Source: Candidatus Poriferisocius sp. | Lineage (GTDB): Bacteria; Actinomycetota; Acidimicrobiia; Acidimicrobiales; Bin134 | Direction: 5' to 3' | Length of the DNA stretch: 64,000 nucleotides | Assembly (NCBI RefSeq): GCF_965208475.1 | Contig: NZ_OZ242338.1 | Span: 630,760-694,759, forward strand | In this document: in pieces, positions 9,105 to 19,157 of the stretch | Layout: every line of letters begins with the position of its first letter | Numbering within the stretch: position 1 is the stretch's first letter | Notes under the pieces: model-generated | Databases searched by the model: none | What the model was told of the DNA's origin: nothing | The model's input: the letters and a program-made list of their open reading frames with translations, nothing else | Position numbers and translations under genes: made by a program

Positions 9105-10622
9105 TCAGCCTAAGCGCTGGCGGAGGCGGAACTTCTCCACTTTGCCGTTACCGGTTCTAGGGAGTTCATCTATTGGCTCGATGGTGGTGGGCACCTTGTA
9201 GGGGGCCAGGGTGCCGTCGGTGTGGGTTCGCAGATCATCCTCAGTGGGGAGATCGCAGCCGTCGGCTACCACGATGAAGGCGGCCACCGTCTCGCCCAAC
9301 ACGGGGTCGGGGCGGGCTACCACGGCGATGTCGGCCACTGCGGGGTGGGTGCGGAGCGCGGTCTCCACCTCTATGGTGGACAAATTCTCTCCGCCTCGGC
9401 GGACGATGTCCTTTTGGCGGTCCACGAAATAGAGGTAGCCGTCGTCGTCCACGTAACCCAGGTCGCCGGTGCGGAACCAGTCGCCCGAGGTGGCCGCCTG
9501 GGTGGCTTCGGGATCTTCGATATAGCCGCTGAAGCCGATGGTGGACCGCAGGAAACAGATCTCCCCCGTCTCACCCGTCGGGGCCTCTGAGCCGTCGGGC
9601 AGGAAGATCCTCAGCACCGATCCCTCGAACGGCTTGCCCACCGAGCCAGGTCGGCGGGGCTCGTCCAGGCGGGTATAGGTGCCCGATCCGGCTTCGGTCA
9701 TTCCGTACCAGTCCATGCACGGCACCCCGTAGCGCTCTTCGATCTGCTCGATGATCGGAGCACAGCCCAGCGGGATCATCACCCGCAGCGAGTGTGATCT
9801 CTCGTGGGGACCGGGTGGCTGGGCCATCAAGATGTTGATGATGGGCACCAGGGTGAGGAAGTAGGTGGGGCGGTAGAGATCGACCAAGGCCCAGAAGCGC
9901 GACGCGGAGAATGTGCGCTGCATGACCACGCTGGCCCCCCGGCTGAGCGCCGACATGGCCCCGCCCATGGCGTTGCCGTGGAACAGCGGGGTCACCACCA
10001 GCGACCGGTCGGTATGGCTCAGGCCGAACATCTCCTCATAAGGCACCGCTCCCCCGGCGAACAGCTCCGGGCTCATCGGCACCGCCTTGGGCCTTCCGGT
10101 GGTGGTGCCCGAGGTGTAGAGCACGTTGCCCTCCACGAACCCGTCCACCGGGGGCAGATCCAGACCAGCGCCCTCCGGCGCCTCGCCGATGAGGTCGGCC
10201 AGCAGCAATGCCCCGTCCACCGGCTCGTCCACGCTCACCACCGCCTCGACCGCGTCCATACCCGCGGTCAGGGCGATGGCCCGCTCGGCCCGCTCAGCCT
10301 CGGCGAACACCAGACGGCATCGGGAGTGGTTGAGCACGAACTCCAACTCTGGATCGGTCCACTCCGGGTTGATGGGCACCCCGGCCAAGCCGATGGCCTG
10401 CATTCCCAGTTGGCACTCGATGTATTCGGGGCGGTTTTGCATCCAGATACAGGCTCGATCGCCCAAGCCCAGACCAAATCGGGTATGGAACTGGTGGGCC
10501 AGGGCCCCGCCGTGGGCAGCCAGCTCGCGGTAGGTGCGGTGACCGTCCTGCTCGGTGAGCACGGCCAGCTTGTCGGGCCAGGTGCGGCTGAAGTCCCGGA
10601 CGACGTCGTACAAGGTCGGCAT
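9105..10622 (-). CDS. AMP-dependent acyl-CoA synthetase/ligase
   Basis: 505 aa with LYTSGTTTGRPKAV, YGMTEAG, WFRTGDLG and GKVEK motifs. Confidence 0.9.
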   Translation of the reverse strand: MPTLYDVVRDFSRTWPDKLAVLTEQDGHRTYRELAAHGGALAHQFHTRFGLGLGDRACIWMQNRPEYIECQLGMQAIGLAGVPINPEWTDPELEFVLNHSRCRLVFAEAERAERAIALTAGMDAVEAVVSVDEPVDGALLLADLIGEAPEGAGLDLPPVDGFVEGNVLYTSGTTTGRPKAVPMSPELFAGGAVPYEEMFGLSHTDRSLVVTPLFHGNAMGGAMSALSRGASVVMQRTFSASRFWALVDLYRPTYFLTLVPIINILMAQPPGPHERSHSLRVMIPLGCAPIIEQIEERYGVPCMDWYGMTEAGSGTYTRLDEPRRPGSVGKPFEGSVLRIFLPDGSEAPTGETGEICFLRSTIGFSGYIEDPEATQAATSGDWFRTGDLGYVDDDGYLYFVDRQKDIVRRGGENLSTIEVETALRTHPAVADIAVVARPDPVLGETVAAFIVVADGCDLPTEDDLRTHTDGTLAPYKVPTTIEPIDELPRTGNGKVEKFRLRQRLG

Positions 10623-10662
10623 CGCCGGGCAGCCTAGTGATGCCGGCGCCGCGAGCGCTGCT

Positions 10663-11445
10663 TCACGTCACCACGTCGGCCGCGCCTCCGTCGATCCGCA
10701 GATGGGCGCCGTGGATCTGGCGGGCTCGGTCGCTGCACACGAACGCCACCAACTCCCCCACGTCGGACACGGTGGCGATGCGCCCGGTCGGCGTGGGCAT
10801 TGCCTCGGTGGTCACATGGCGCTCAATGTCGGCCCAATCCGTGGAGCGGCCCGCCCTCGCGGCCTGACGAGTCCACATCTCCACCAACTCGGGGGTGGCA
10901 ATCGCACCGGGGCTAACGCAGTTCACCGTCACGCCGGTGCCGGCCAGTTCCCGGGCCAGGCTGACTGTCATGGCCGGCAGCGATCCTTTGGCCGCGTAGT
11001 AGCCCGGGATGCGATCACCAGGGCGGGTAGCTCCCACCGTGGACACCAGCACGATCCGGCCCCAACCCTGATCCCTCATCGCCGGCACCATGAGCCGGGT
11101 CATCCGCACCGCGGTGAGCACGTTGCGGTTGTAGGCGTCGATCCACACCTTGGCGTCATCGTCACCCCAGGTGCCGCCAACCGCCACCCCGTAGTTGTTG
11201 ACCAGGATGTCCGCCGGGCCGCACTGCTCGGCCACCGCCTCAGCTCCTGCGTCGGTGCAAATGTCCCCCCACACCGCCCGAGCCGGCGGCCCCAACTCGT
11301 CAGCCAGCCAGTCGGCCTGCCCTTCCTCGAACCCGTGGACCACCACCTCGGCGCCCTCGTCGGCCAGCACCCAAGCCATCCCACTACCCGTCCCCCGGTA
11401 GCTTCCCGTTACCAGCGCCACCCGTCCTGCAAGACCTAGATCCAT
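10663..11445 (-). CDS. short-chain dehydrogenase/reductase (SDR)
   Basis: LAGRVALVTGSYRGTGSG Rossmann motif, YYAAK catalytic motif and NCVSPG. The start is placed at MDLGL (11445) rather than the upstream alternative start at 11493. Confidence 0.9.
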   Translation of the reverse strand: MDLGLAGRVALVTGSYRGTGSGMAWVLADEGAEVVVHGFEEGQADWLADELGPPARAVWGDICTDAGAEAVAEQCGPADILVNNYGVAVGGTWGDDDAKVWIDAYNRNVLTAVRMTRLMVPAMRDQGWGRIVLVSTVGATRPGDRIPGYYAAKGSLPAMTVSLARELAGTGVTVNCVSPGAIATPELVEMWTRQAARAGRSTDWADIERHVTTEAMPTPTGRIATVSDVGELVAFVCSDRARQIHGAHLRIDGGAADVVT

Positions 11446-11550
11446 ATCCCGACACTGCCACAACAGCGCCAAGCCAGACATGATCGACACCACGCTCAGC
11501 TCTATATGACCCCCAAACCATCACATCCCGGTAAGTAGTGTTGAGAGGCA

Positions 11551-12648
11551 ATGAGCAGTTCGACGGGGCGGTTGTTCCGGGTCACGACGTTTGGGGAATC
11601 CCATGGCGGCGGCATCGGCGCGGTGGTGGACGGGTGCCCGCCCCGGCTTCCGCTGACCGCAGAGATGATCCAGCACGATTTGGACCGTCGGCGGCCCGGT
11701 CAGAGCCGGCTCACCACCCTGCGGGACGAGGCCGACGGGGTGGAGTTCCTCTCGGGGGTGTTCGAGGGCCACACGCTGGGATCGCCCATTGCCATGGTGA
11801 TGGGCAACACCGATGCCCGGCCCAGCGCCTATGAGGACTTCAAGGACGTCTACCGTCCCTCCCATGCCGACTACACCACAGAGGCCAAGTACGGCATCCG
11901 CAACTGGCAGGGAGGGGGGCGGGCCAGCGCCCGGGAGACCATCGGCCGGGTGGCGGCTGGGGCCATCGCCCGCCAGCTCTTGAAGACCGCAGCCAACATC
12001 GAGGTTCTGGGTTGGGTCCGCCAGGTGGGCGCTATTGCCGCTGATGTCGATCTGGATGCGGTGACTCTGGCCGATGTGGAGGCCGATGCCACCCGATGCC
12101 CGTCTCCCGAGCACGCCGAGGCCATGACCGAGGCCATCGAAGCGGCCCGTCGTGACGGCAACTCGCTGGGCGGGATTGTCGAATGCGTGGCCCGAAGGGT
12201 GCCCCCCGGCCTGGGCGAACCGGTGTTCGACAAGTTGGAGGCCGATTTGGCCAAGGCTGCCCTGTCGTTGCCCGCGGCCAAGGGCTTCGAGATCGGCTCG
12301 GGCTTCGCGGGGGTGACCATGACCGGCCGGGAGCACAACGACCCGTTCATCCCCGGCCCCGACGGCCAGCCCCGCACCGCATCCAATCGCTCCGGTGGAG
12401 TGCAGGGCGGCATCAGCAACGGCGAGGACATCGTGATCCGGGTGGCCTTCAAGCCCACCGCCACCATTGCATCGGCCCAGGACACCGTCGACCGCGACAA
12501 CAACCCGGTGACACTGGCTGCCCGTGGTCGCCACGACCCCTGCGTTCTACCCCGGGCCGTGCCGATGGTCGAAGCCCAAGTGCTGCTGGTTTTGGCCGAC
12601 CACTGGCTACGCCAGCAAGCCGTCGATGTGATCGACTGCGGCGGCTGA
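11551..12648 (+). CDS. aroC: chorismate synthase
   Basis: [34 protein letters not shown] and RHDPCV motifs. 365 aa. A GAGAGG Shine-Dalgarno sits upstream. Confidence 0.95.
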   Translation: MSSSTGRLFRVTTFGESHGGGIGAVVDGCPPRLPLTAEMIQHDLDRRRPGQSRLTTLRDEADGVEFLSGVFEGHTLGSPIAMVMGNTDARPSAYEDFKDVYRPSHADYTTEAKYGIRNWQGGGRASARETIGRVAAGAIARQLLKTAANIEVLGWVRQVGAIAADVDLDAVTLADVEADATRCPSPEHAEAMTEAIEAARRDGNSLGGIVECVARRVPPGLGEPVFDKLEADLAKAALSLPAAKGFEIGSGFAGVTMTGREHNDPFIPGPDGQPRTASNRSGGVQGGISNGEDIVIRVAFKPTATIASAQDTVDRDNNPVTLAARGRHDPCVLPRAVPMVEAQVLLVLADHWLRQQAVDVIDCGG

Positions 12649-12652
12649 TTCC

Positions 12653-13438
12653 ATGACCGAAGCCCCCCGCAATCCCGTCACCCCCGAAGACCAGCGCCTC
12701 CTAGTCGAGGTCGACGACCGTATCGCCGCCATCACGCTGAACCGGCCCGAAGCCCGCAACGCCATGTCTAAGCGGATGCGCAACGACATACACGCCGCGC
12801 TGAAGGCGTGCGATGCCAACGACGGGGTGGACGCCATCATTCTTACCGGGGCTGACCCCGCGTTCACCGGCGGGGTAGACCTCCGGGAGGTGGCCGCCGA
12901 GGGGCCGCCGGGACCGGGCGGCGACAGGCGGCAGGCCAAGGATCCCGCCCGGGCATGCCGGGAAACATCCAAGCCATTGATCTGCGCGGTGAACGGCACC
13001 TGCGTTACCGGGGGCTTGGAGATCGCCTTGAGCTGCGACTTCATCGTGGCCTCTGAGCGGGCCCGGTTTGCCGACACCCACGCCAAGGTCGGGGTGATCC
13101 CGGCATGGGGAATGACCGCCCTACTTCCCCGGGCGGTGGGCAAGCGCATGGCCAAGGAGATGACCGCCACCGCCCGCTTCGTTGAGGCCGAGGAAGCCCT
13201 CCGCATCGGCCTGGTCAACCATGTCGTCCCCCACAGCCGGCTAATGGCCCACGCGAGGAGGCTGGCCGGTCAAATAGCCGCTGCCACCACCCCGGCGACA
13301 CCGGCCACCCTGCGAATCTACGATGCCGCCGACGGCATGAGCTTCTCCGAGGCCAAGGCATTGGAGGAGGAGCTCATGCGCAACTGGAAAGTGGACACCG
13401 ACTACATGGAGCGCCGCGGCCTGGGAAAGGGCGGCTGA
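12653..13438 (+). CDS. enoyl-CoA hydratase/isomerase (crotonase) family
   Basis: ITLNRPEARNAM and GADPAFTGGVDLRE oxyanion-hole motif. 261 aa. Confidence 0.9.
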   Translation: MTEAPRNPVTPEDQRLLVEVDDRIAAITLNRPEARNAMSKRMRNDIHAALKACDANDGVDAIILTGADPAFTGGVDLREVAAEGPPGPGGDRRQAKDPARACRETSKPLICAVNGTCVTGGLEIALSCDFIVASERARFADTHAKVGVIPAWGMTALLPRAVGKRMAKEMTATARFVEAEEALRIGLVNHVVPHSRLMAHARRLAGQIAAATTPATPATLRIYDAADGMSFSEAKALEEELMRNWKVDTDYMERRGLGKGG

Positions 13439-13439
13439 T

Positions 13440-14324
13440 TTGCTCAGCCCCGCGCAGTTCAGCCTGTTCATGCCCCAGATGCGTATGGACATGGCCACCA
13501 TTGAAGAGCGGGTGCGAACCGCAGAGGCCTGCGGATTCCACAAGATCGACCTCATGGATCATCTGAATCCACCCCTGCTACCCGCTTCGCCCATGTACGA
13601 CGCCTTTGTGGTGGCGACCGCGGTAGCGGCCTGGACCGAGCGGGTGCGGATCGGACACATGGTGCTGTGCGGGCAGTTCCGCCATCCGGCGCTGCTGGCC
13701 AAGATGGCCGTCAGCCTCGACCACTTCAGCGGAGGCCGTTTCGATTTGGGCATCGGCTGGGGTTCGGTTCCCGATGAGCTGGGCCGGTTCGGCCTCGGCG
13801 ACGAACCGCCGGCGGTGCGGGCCGCTCGCCTGCGGGAGACCCTTGAGGTGGTTCAGGCCCTGCTCACCGGTGAGCCCATCGACTACCAGGGCCGTTTTTT
13901 CCAGCTGGAAAACGCCCAGCAGCAGCCCACCCCGGTGAACGGTCACATTCCGATCTTGATCGGCGGGGCCGGCCGCAAACTCACCATGCCGCTGGTGCGG
14001 GACTTCGCCGACTGGTGGAACTGCCCGGTCTACGGCATGGCCGAGCTAGACGAACTTATCCCGCTGGCCGGCGATGCCCGCCTGTCGGTGCAGCGAGCCA
14101 TCGGCTTGGCCCCTTCGTCGGCAGCCCGAGACGAGGTAGTGGCCACCGCTCAGCGCCGTTTCGGAGATTGGTCCCTAGTGGCGGGAACCCCCGACGAGGT
14201 GGCTGGGGCCCTGAACGCCGACCGGGCCATGGGCGCCGAGCAGTTCGTGCTTCAGTTCACCGACTTCGCCTCCCCAGAGACGCTCAGTCTGTTCGCCGCT
14301 GAAGTCATGCCCGCGGTGGCTTAG
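13440..14324 (+). CDS. luciferase-like (LLM class) flavin/F420-dependent oxidoreductase
   Basis: FSLFMPQ start, GRFDLGIGWG motif and LLTGEPIDYQGRFFQL. TTG start 1 nt after the upstream stop. Confidence 0.8.
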   Translation: MLSPAQFSLFMPQMRMDMATIEERVRTAEACGFHKIDLMDHLNPPLLPASPMYDAFVVATAVAAWTERVRIGHMVLCGQFRHPALLAKMAVSLDHFSGGRFDLGIGWGSVPDELGRFGLGDEPPAVRAARLRETLEVVQALLTGEPIDYQGRFFQLENAQQQPTPVNGHIPILIGGAGRKLTMPLVRDFADWWNCPVYGMAELDELIPLAGDARLSVQRAIGLAPSSAARDEVVATAQRRFGDWSLVAGTPDEVAGALNADRAMGAEQFVLQFTDFASPETLSLFAAEVMPAVA

Positions 14325-14377
14325 ATCGCGCTAACCGCCTTCTCCCAGAGCAGGGCACCACCATATGATGCCGACGC

Positions 14378-15088
14378 ATGGAAGCTGATGCGCGGGGCCG
14401 CCGAGCAGGCCGATTCAAGCAGGCTCTCTTGGCCGGCGAAGACGTGGCCATCATCGCCGAGATCAAACGTCGGTCGCCGTCCAGAGGCAATCTGAACGCC
14501 GGCCTCGATCCGGCCGATCTGGCGGCGGCCTACCGCGACGGCGGAGCGGCTTGCCTGTCGGTGCTCACCAACGAGGAAATGTTCGGCGGCAGCGGTGATG
14601 ATCTGGCTGCCGCGGCCGAGGCCTCCGGACTGCCGGTACTCCGCAAGGACTTCATTACCACCGACGAAGACGTCCACGAGTCCCATCAGATGGGCGCCGA
14701 TGCCCTGCTGTTGATAGTCGCCGATCTCGACGCGGCGCAATTGGCCGAGTTGCACGAACTGGCCCTGTCGTTGGGCATGGACGTGCTCACCGAGGTCAAG
14801 TCGGAAGCCGAGCTGGAAGCCGCAATCGAAGCCGGTGCCGACATCATCGGGGTCAATCAGCGGGAGAAGCCCAAGAGTGCGGCGTTCACCATGGACTACC
14901 AGCGGGCCAAGCGCATGGCGCCGCTGTTCCCAGCCCATGCGGTGAAGGTGGCTGAGTCCGGCATCGCTGTTCCCGGCGGCACCACCATGGCCGAGGTGCG
15001 AGATGCAGGCTACGACGCCGCCCTCATAGGCGAGGCCCTAGTGACGTCCGGCGACCCGGTGAAGCGCCTCAGAGAATTGCTGGCTTAA
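14378..15088 (+). CDS. trpC: indole-3-glycerol-phosphate synthase
   Basis: IAEIKRRSPSRG, CLSVLTNEEMFGGS, LRKDFI, IGVNQR and ESGI motifs. Confidence 0.9.
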   Translation: MEADARGRRAGRFKQALLAGEDVAIIAEIKRRSPSRGNLNAGLDPADLAAAYRDGGAACLSVLTNEEMFGGSGDDLAAAAEASGLPVLRKDFITTDEDVHESHQMGADALLLIVADLDAAQLAELHELALSLGMDVLTEVKSEAELEAAIEAGADIIGVNQREKPKSAAFTMDYQRAKRMAPLFPAHAVKVAESGIAVPGGTTMAEVRDAGYDAALIGEALVTSGDPVKRLRELLA

Positions 15089-15312
15089 TCTGAGGCAAGC
15101 CTTCCAGCAGCCGTGCCCCGCAACACCAGGGTGCCGTGCTGATCGGTGGTGGAGATGTCCACTTCCACCGAGCCGTCGAAATTGACCGCGGTCACCGTCA
15201 GCTCAGCGGTCAGGGTGTCCCCCGGCCACACCGGCTTGAGGAAATCAGCCCCATAGCGCTGCAAGCCCTCATCGCCGAACACCGCGGCGATGGGAAACTC
15301 GAATGAGCGCAT
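15085..15312 (-). CDS. short hotdog/MaoC-like fold protein (C-terminal-half-like, 75 aa)
   Basis: FLKPVWPGDTLTAELTVTAV resembles the central-helix/beta region of MaoC dehydratases. It has its own GGAGG 10 nt upstream of the ATG. The usual N-terminal half is absent. Confidence 0.45.
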   Translation of the reverse strand: MRSFEFPIAAVFGDEGLQRYGADFLKPVWPGDTLTAELTVTAVNFDGSVEVDISTTDQHGTLVLRGTAAGRLASD

Positions 15313-15326
15313 GAACTAGCAGCCTC

Positions 15327-16286
15327 CTAGGGAGTGAGCACGATCTTGCCAAAGAACTCTGAGCTCTCCATCAGCCGGTGGGCCTCGGCGATCTCCTCCA
15401 AGCCAAATACCGCGGCGATCGCCGGCGCTACCTGACCTTGGTCGATCATGCCCAGCAGACCCCGCATGGTGGCCGCGATCCGCTGATTGTCGGGACGGCC
15501 CACTCCCATGAGGGTGATGCCCTTCACGAAGAGTTGGCCCAAATGCAGTTCGCCGATATGCCCGGCGGTCACTCCACAGGTCACGAATCGCCCCTCGGCG
15601 GCCAGCGACCGCACCGCGGCAGCGAACACCGGGGTGCCCACATGATCGAGTACCACGTCGACCCCTCTGCCGTCGGTGGCTCCCCGCACCGCAGCGACGA
15701 TGTCGTCGTGGTAGTGGTTGATGGCCAGCTCTGCGCCTAGCTCCATCGCTCGAGCCCGCTTCTCGGCAGTGCCCGCCGTGGCGATGACCCGACAGCCCAT
15801 GGCCCGGGCGATCTGTATCCCGAAGCTGCCCACCCCTGATCCTGCCGCCATTACCAGCACGGTCTCACCTGACTGGATCTGGGCCTTCTCGATGAGGGCC
15901 TGATGGGCGGAGCGGCCTGCGGTGGGGGTGGCTCCGCCAGCCTCAAAGCTGACCCCCCCAGGCAGGGGAAAAACCAATTCTTCGGGCGCCAGCGCCAAAG
16001 TGGCGTGGGTCCGCTCCCCCGATGCCACCACCCGGTCGCCCACGGCCACCGTCGTCACCTGCGACCCCACCGACTCCACCACTCCGGCGATGTCCCGCCC
16101 GCCCACGTGCTGAGGCCAGCGCAGCTTCATGCCATGGGATCCCTCCCGCCAGTACACGTCCACCCGGTCCATCGAGGTGGCCTTCACGCGGATCAGCACA
16201 TCGCCGAGGCCGGGATCGGGGTCGGGCAACTCCCCCACCCGCAGCACATCCAGTGCGCCCTGGGATTCGTGGTATGCGGCCCGCAC
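15327..16286 (-). CDS. zinc-type alcohol dehydrogenase / quinone oxidoreductase (MDR family)
   Basis: GETVLVMAAGSGVGSFGIQIARAMG nucleotide-binding motif and a GKIVL C-terminus. I prefer the GTG start at 16286 (VRAAYHE) to the ORF-track start at 16325, because it abuts the upstream stop. Confidence 0.85.
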   Translation of the reverse strand: MRAAYHESQGALDVLRVGELPDPDPGLGDVLIRVKATSMDRVDVYWREGSHGMKLRWPQHVGGRDIAGVVESVGSQVTTVAVGDRVVASGERTHATLALAPEELVFPLPGGVSFEAGGATPTAGRSAHQALIEKAQIQSGETVLVMAAGSGVGSFGIQIARAMGCRVIATAGTAEKRARAMELGAELAINHYHDDIVAAVRGATDGRGVDVVLDHVGTPVFAAAVRSLAAEGRFVTCGVTAGHIGELHLGQLFVKGITLMGVGRPDNQRIAATMRGLLGMIDQGQVAPAIAAVFGLEEIAEAHRLMESSEFFGKIVLTP

Positions 16287-16287
16287 G

Positions 16288-16701
16288 TCAGCGCACCCGC
16301 ACACTGGGCAGTTCTTCGCCCCCATCTCGCAGCCAGGTCAAGAACTCACCGACTGGGGCAGGCTCGGCCACATCGGATGTCTCTTCAAGGCGAGACTCCC
16401 AAAAATCCCGATAGGTGGGCCAGAACTGGTGCCACGCCCCCTCATAGGGCTCCTCGTCGGGCCAGCGCATCTTGTTCTCCCCGACCGGCGGGGCATTCAG
16501 GTCGGCGGCATACCAGTACAGGGGCAGCCGCCGCCGGAAATACCAGCGGCCGTCGATGCGCTCGTAGTCGTCCCAGTACATCATGGTCATGATCACCCAC
16601 TCGTCGCCGGTCTCATGCTCGTTGCGGGAATACACCACCCCGCGGGCCCGATCAGTTACCCCCAGAATGCGGGTCGCCTCATCTCGCTCTGGCTGCAACA
16701 A
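16288..16701 (-). pseudogene. NTF2/SnoaL_4-like protein, apparently 5'-truncated
   Basis: The translation begins mid-domain (DEATRILGV...YWDDYERIDGRWYFRRR). An in-frame TAG lies at 16714-16716. The only start is TTG, and its 5' end overlaps the hicB 3' end. Confidence 0.4.
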
Positions 16702-16999
16702 GCGTCTCGACGTCTACCGCAACCATGCTCACCGTGGTAGGCCACTTGGATGCGGGGTCACCGCACTCTTCTAGAAGACTGGTGTGGCTAAGCATGGCCC
16801 CTCGGAGCGACATGGGATTCTCAGGCACAGGGTCGCCGTTTTCTAAGAGCCCCTGAATATGGAACTCGATGGCTTCCCGGGCAACTTTCTGAACTTCTGC
16901 CCATGTGCTTGCAGTGATCACACAGCCGGGAAGGTCAGGTGCATAGGCAGAGTAGTTACTTGGGCCTTCGGCATAGACGACCGCATATTCACGCATCAT
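16679..16999 (-). CDS. hicB: HicB-family antitoxin
   Basis: MMREYAVVYAEGPSNYSAYAPDLPGCVITASTWAEVQKVAREAIEFHIQGLLENGDPVPE is the typical HicB/UPF0150 N-domain. There is a 4-bp overlap with hicA. Confidence 0.8.
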   Translation of the reverse strand: MMREYAVVYAEGPSNYSAYAPDLPGCVITASTWAEVQKVAREAIEFHIQGLLENGDPVPENPMSLRGAMLSHTSLLEECGDPASKWPTTVSMVAVDVETLVAARAR

Positions 17000-17196
17000 C
17001 GCTTGTCCCTTCTGAGGCCAGCCTGCTTCATGATGCTGGACCAAATCCATGGCGCCACATCATCGCTGGGCTTCCCCGCAATCGTAACAGTGCCAGGTTT
17101 GGTCGGATGTTGGTACTGGTGATGACTGCCTCGAGTGCGCACGCGTCGCCATCCGTCCTGTGCCACCAGACGGACTACGTCTCGGACCTTAGGCAT
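16996..17196 (-). CDS. hicA: HicA-family mRNA interferase toxin
   Basis: 66 aa. MPKVRDVVRLVAQDGWRRVRTRGSHHQYQHPTKPGTVTIAG is the canonical HicA dsRBD-like motif (GSHxxxxHP). Confidence 0.85.
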   Translation of the reverse strand: MPKVRDVVRLVAQDGWRRVRTRGSHHQYQHPTKPGTVTIAGKPSDDVAPWIWSSIMKQAGLRRDKR

Positions 17197-17280
17197 CTTG
17201 TGTCGCTCTAGCGGCTCAGACGCTCACCGGTTCCTGCATATTCCGCAGAGTATCTTTTAATATATCCTATGTAAATACCC

Positions 17281-17296
17281 TGTATTTCTGAATACA
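17281..17296. promoter_or_regulatory. perfect inverted repeat TGTATT-N4-AATACA in AT-rich hicA upstream region (possible operator)
   Basis: tgtatttctgaataca lies within the 158-bp AT-rich spacer 17197-17354, between hicA and the divergent hydrolase gene. Confidence 0.3.
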
Positions 17297-17354
17297 AGTC
17301 TTTGTGGACCTCACCAAGGCCACCCTGATGTGACACGAGCTAAAGTGCGGCTCC

Positions 17355-18053
17355 ATGACCGCAGGAGTTGTTTTGGCCCACGGGGCGTTTCACGGACCAT
17401 GGTGTTGGGAGCGGGTGCAGGAGTGCTTGGGGGACATGGGCATCGCCGTCCACGCCTCTGATCTCTGCCGTCCGACCACCGCGGAGGACATCGCCGCCTT
17501 CCAAGCCGATGTGAACGGCATGAGAGACCATTTGGGCGGTCAAGGGCCGGTGGTGGCCGTGGGCCATTCGCTCGGCGGCCTGTCCATCTCCGGGCTCGAC
17601 CCGGCCACGGTGGACCATCTGGTGTACCTGGCCGCCATCCTGCCCGGCGACGAGAGCGGCGAGGCGAATCCGCCTGATGTGGCAGAGGCGGTGATCGCCG
17701 AGAACTTCTTCCCCGCTCTCGAGCACGGCGAAGACGGCTACAGCTCGGTGAAGCCTGGGGCCGCGGGCGACCTCTTCTACCACGACTGCACTCCTGAGGA
17801 CATCGCCTGGGCCGAGTCGCTGCTCCGCCCTCAGCGGCTGGGCCAAGCGCCGTACAGCTTTGCCCGGGCGGCGTGGCGGGATGTGGAGTCCACCTACATC
17901 GTGTGCGCCGACGACCGCACCCTGACTGCCGAGTTCCAGCGCACATGCGCGGGCCTGGTCGGCAGCTCAGTCGTGATGGAGGGCAGCCACTCTCCGATGC
18001 TGGCCCAGCCTGAGGCGGTCGCCGCGGTGATCGCCAGGGCCGCAGGCCAATAG
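17355..18053 (+). CDS. alpha/beta-fold hydrolase (esterase-like)
   Basis: VLAHGAFHGPWCW N-terminus and the GHSLGG nucleophile elbow. 232 aa. Confidence 0.85.
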   Translation: MTAGVVLAHGAFHGPWCWERVQECLGDMGIAVHASDLCRPTTAEDIAAFQADVNGMRDHLGGQGPVVAVGHSLGGLSISGLDPATVDHLVYLAAILPGDESGEANPPDVAEAVIAENFFPALEHGEDGYSSVKPGAAGDLFYHDCTPEDIAWAESLLRPQRLGQAPYSFARAAWRDVESTYIVCADDRTLTAEFQRTCAGLVGSSVVMEGSHSPMLAQPEAVAAVIARAAGQ

Positions 18054-18088
18054 GCCCATCTTCGTCGAATCATCGGAAAGGAAGGGCA

Positions 18089-19123
18089 ATGGAATATCGC
18101 ACCCTGGGGGGCTCTGGGGTCCAGGTGAGCACCCTGTGCCTCGGCGCCATGATGTACGGCCCCGCGGGCAACAACGATGAGGCCGAGTGCGCGGCCATGA
18201 CCCACGAGGCGCTGGACGCCGGGATCAACTTCATCGACACCGCCGACCGCTACAGCATGGGCATCTCTGAGGAGATCGTCGGGCGGGCCATCAAGGGGCG
18301 GCGCGACAGCGTCGTGGTGGCCACCAAGTTCTACGGCCCGATGGGCGACGACATCAACATGCAGGGCGGCTCCCGCCGCTGGGTGACCCAGGCCGTCGAA
18401 GACAGCCTGCGCCGCCTCGACACCGACTACATCGACCTCTACCAGATGCACCGCCCCGACCCCCGCACCGACTTCGGCGACACCCTGGCCGCGCTCACCG
18501 ATCTGGTGCAAGCCGGCAAGATCCGCATGATCGGAACCTCCACCTTCCCAGCCGAGCTCATCGTGGAGGGCCAGTGGGCCGCCGAGCGCCGCAGCCTGGA
18601 GCGAGTCCGCTGCGAGCAGCCCCCCTACTCCGTATTCACCCGGGAGATCGAGCGGTCGGTGCTGCCCACCTGTCAGGCCTACGACATGGGAGTGATCGTG
18701 TGGAGCCCGCTGAACGGCGGCTGGCTCACCGGCAAGTACCGCAAAGACGCCGACTGGCCGGAGAACTCAAGAGCAACCCGCAACCTGGTCAGTGCCAAGC
18801 GCTGGGATCGGGACAACCCCGTAGTGGCCCACAAGCTCGACCTGGTAGAGGAACTCGACGCCCTGGCCAACGATGTCGGCTGCTCCATGGCCACCCTGGC
18901 CTACGCCTTCACCCTGGCCCACCCCGCAGTTACCTCCACCATCATCGGCCCCCGCACCCCCCAACAACTCGACGCTGCCCTCGAAGACCCCGACCTCCGC
19001 CTCACCGAGGATGCCCTCGACCGGATCGACGAATTAGTACTCCCCGGAACCGACCTAAACCCCGACGACGCCTTCTACATCCCCCTAGCCGTCTCAAATC
19101 CCGCTATACGACGAAGAAAGTAA
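18089..19123 (+). CDS. aldo/keto reductase
   Basis: MEYRTLGGSGVQVSTLCLGAMMYG, INFIDTADRY and YIDLYQMHRPD motifs. Confidence 0.9.
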   Translation: MEYRTLGGSGVQVSTLCLGAMMYGPAGNNDEAECAAMTHEALDAGINFIDTADRYSMGISEEIVGRAIKGRRDSVVVATKFYGPMGDDINMQGGSRRWVTQAVEDSLRRLDTDYIDLYQMHRPDPRTDFGDTLAALTDLVQAGKIRMIGTSTFPAELIVEGQWAAERRSLERVRCEQPPYSVFTREIERSVLPTCQAYDMGVIVWSPLNGGWLTGKYRKDADWPENSRATRNLVSAKRWDRDNPVVAHKLDLVEELDALANDVGCSMATLAYAFTLAHPAVTSTIIGPRTPQQLDAALEDPDLRLTEDALDRIDELVLPGTDLNPDDAFYIPLAVSNPAIRRRK

Positions 19124-19157
19124 AACCCCCCCACCCGCAGCCTCGCCGGTGGATGGT

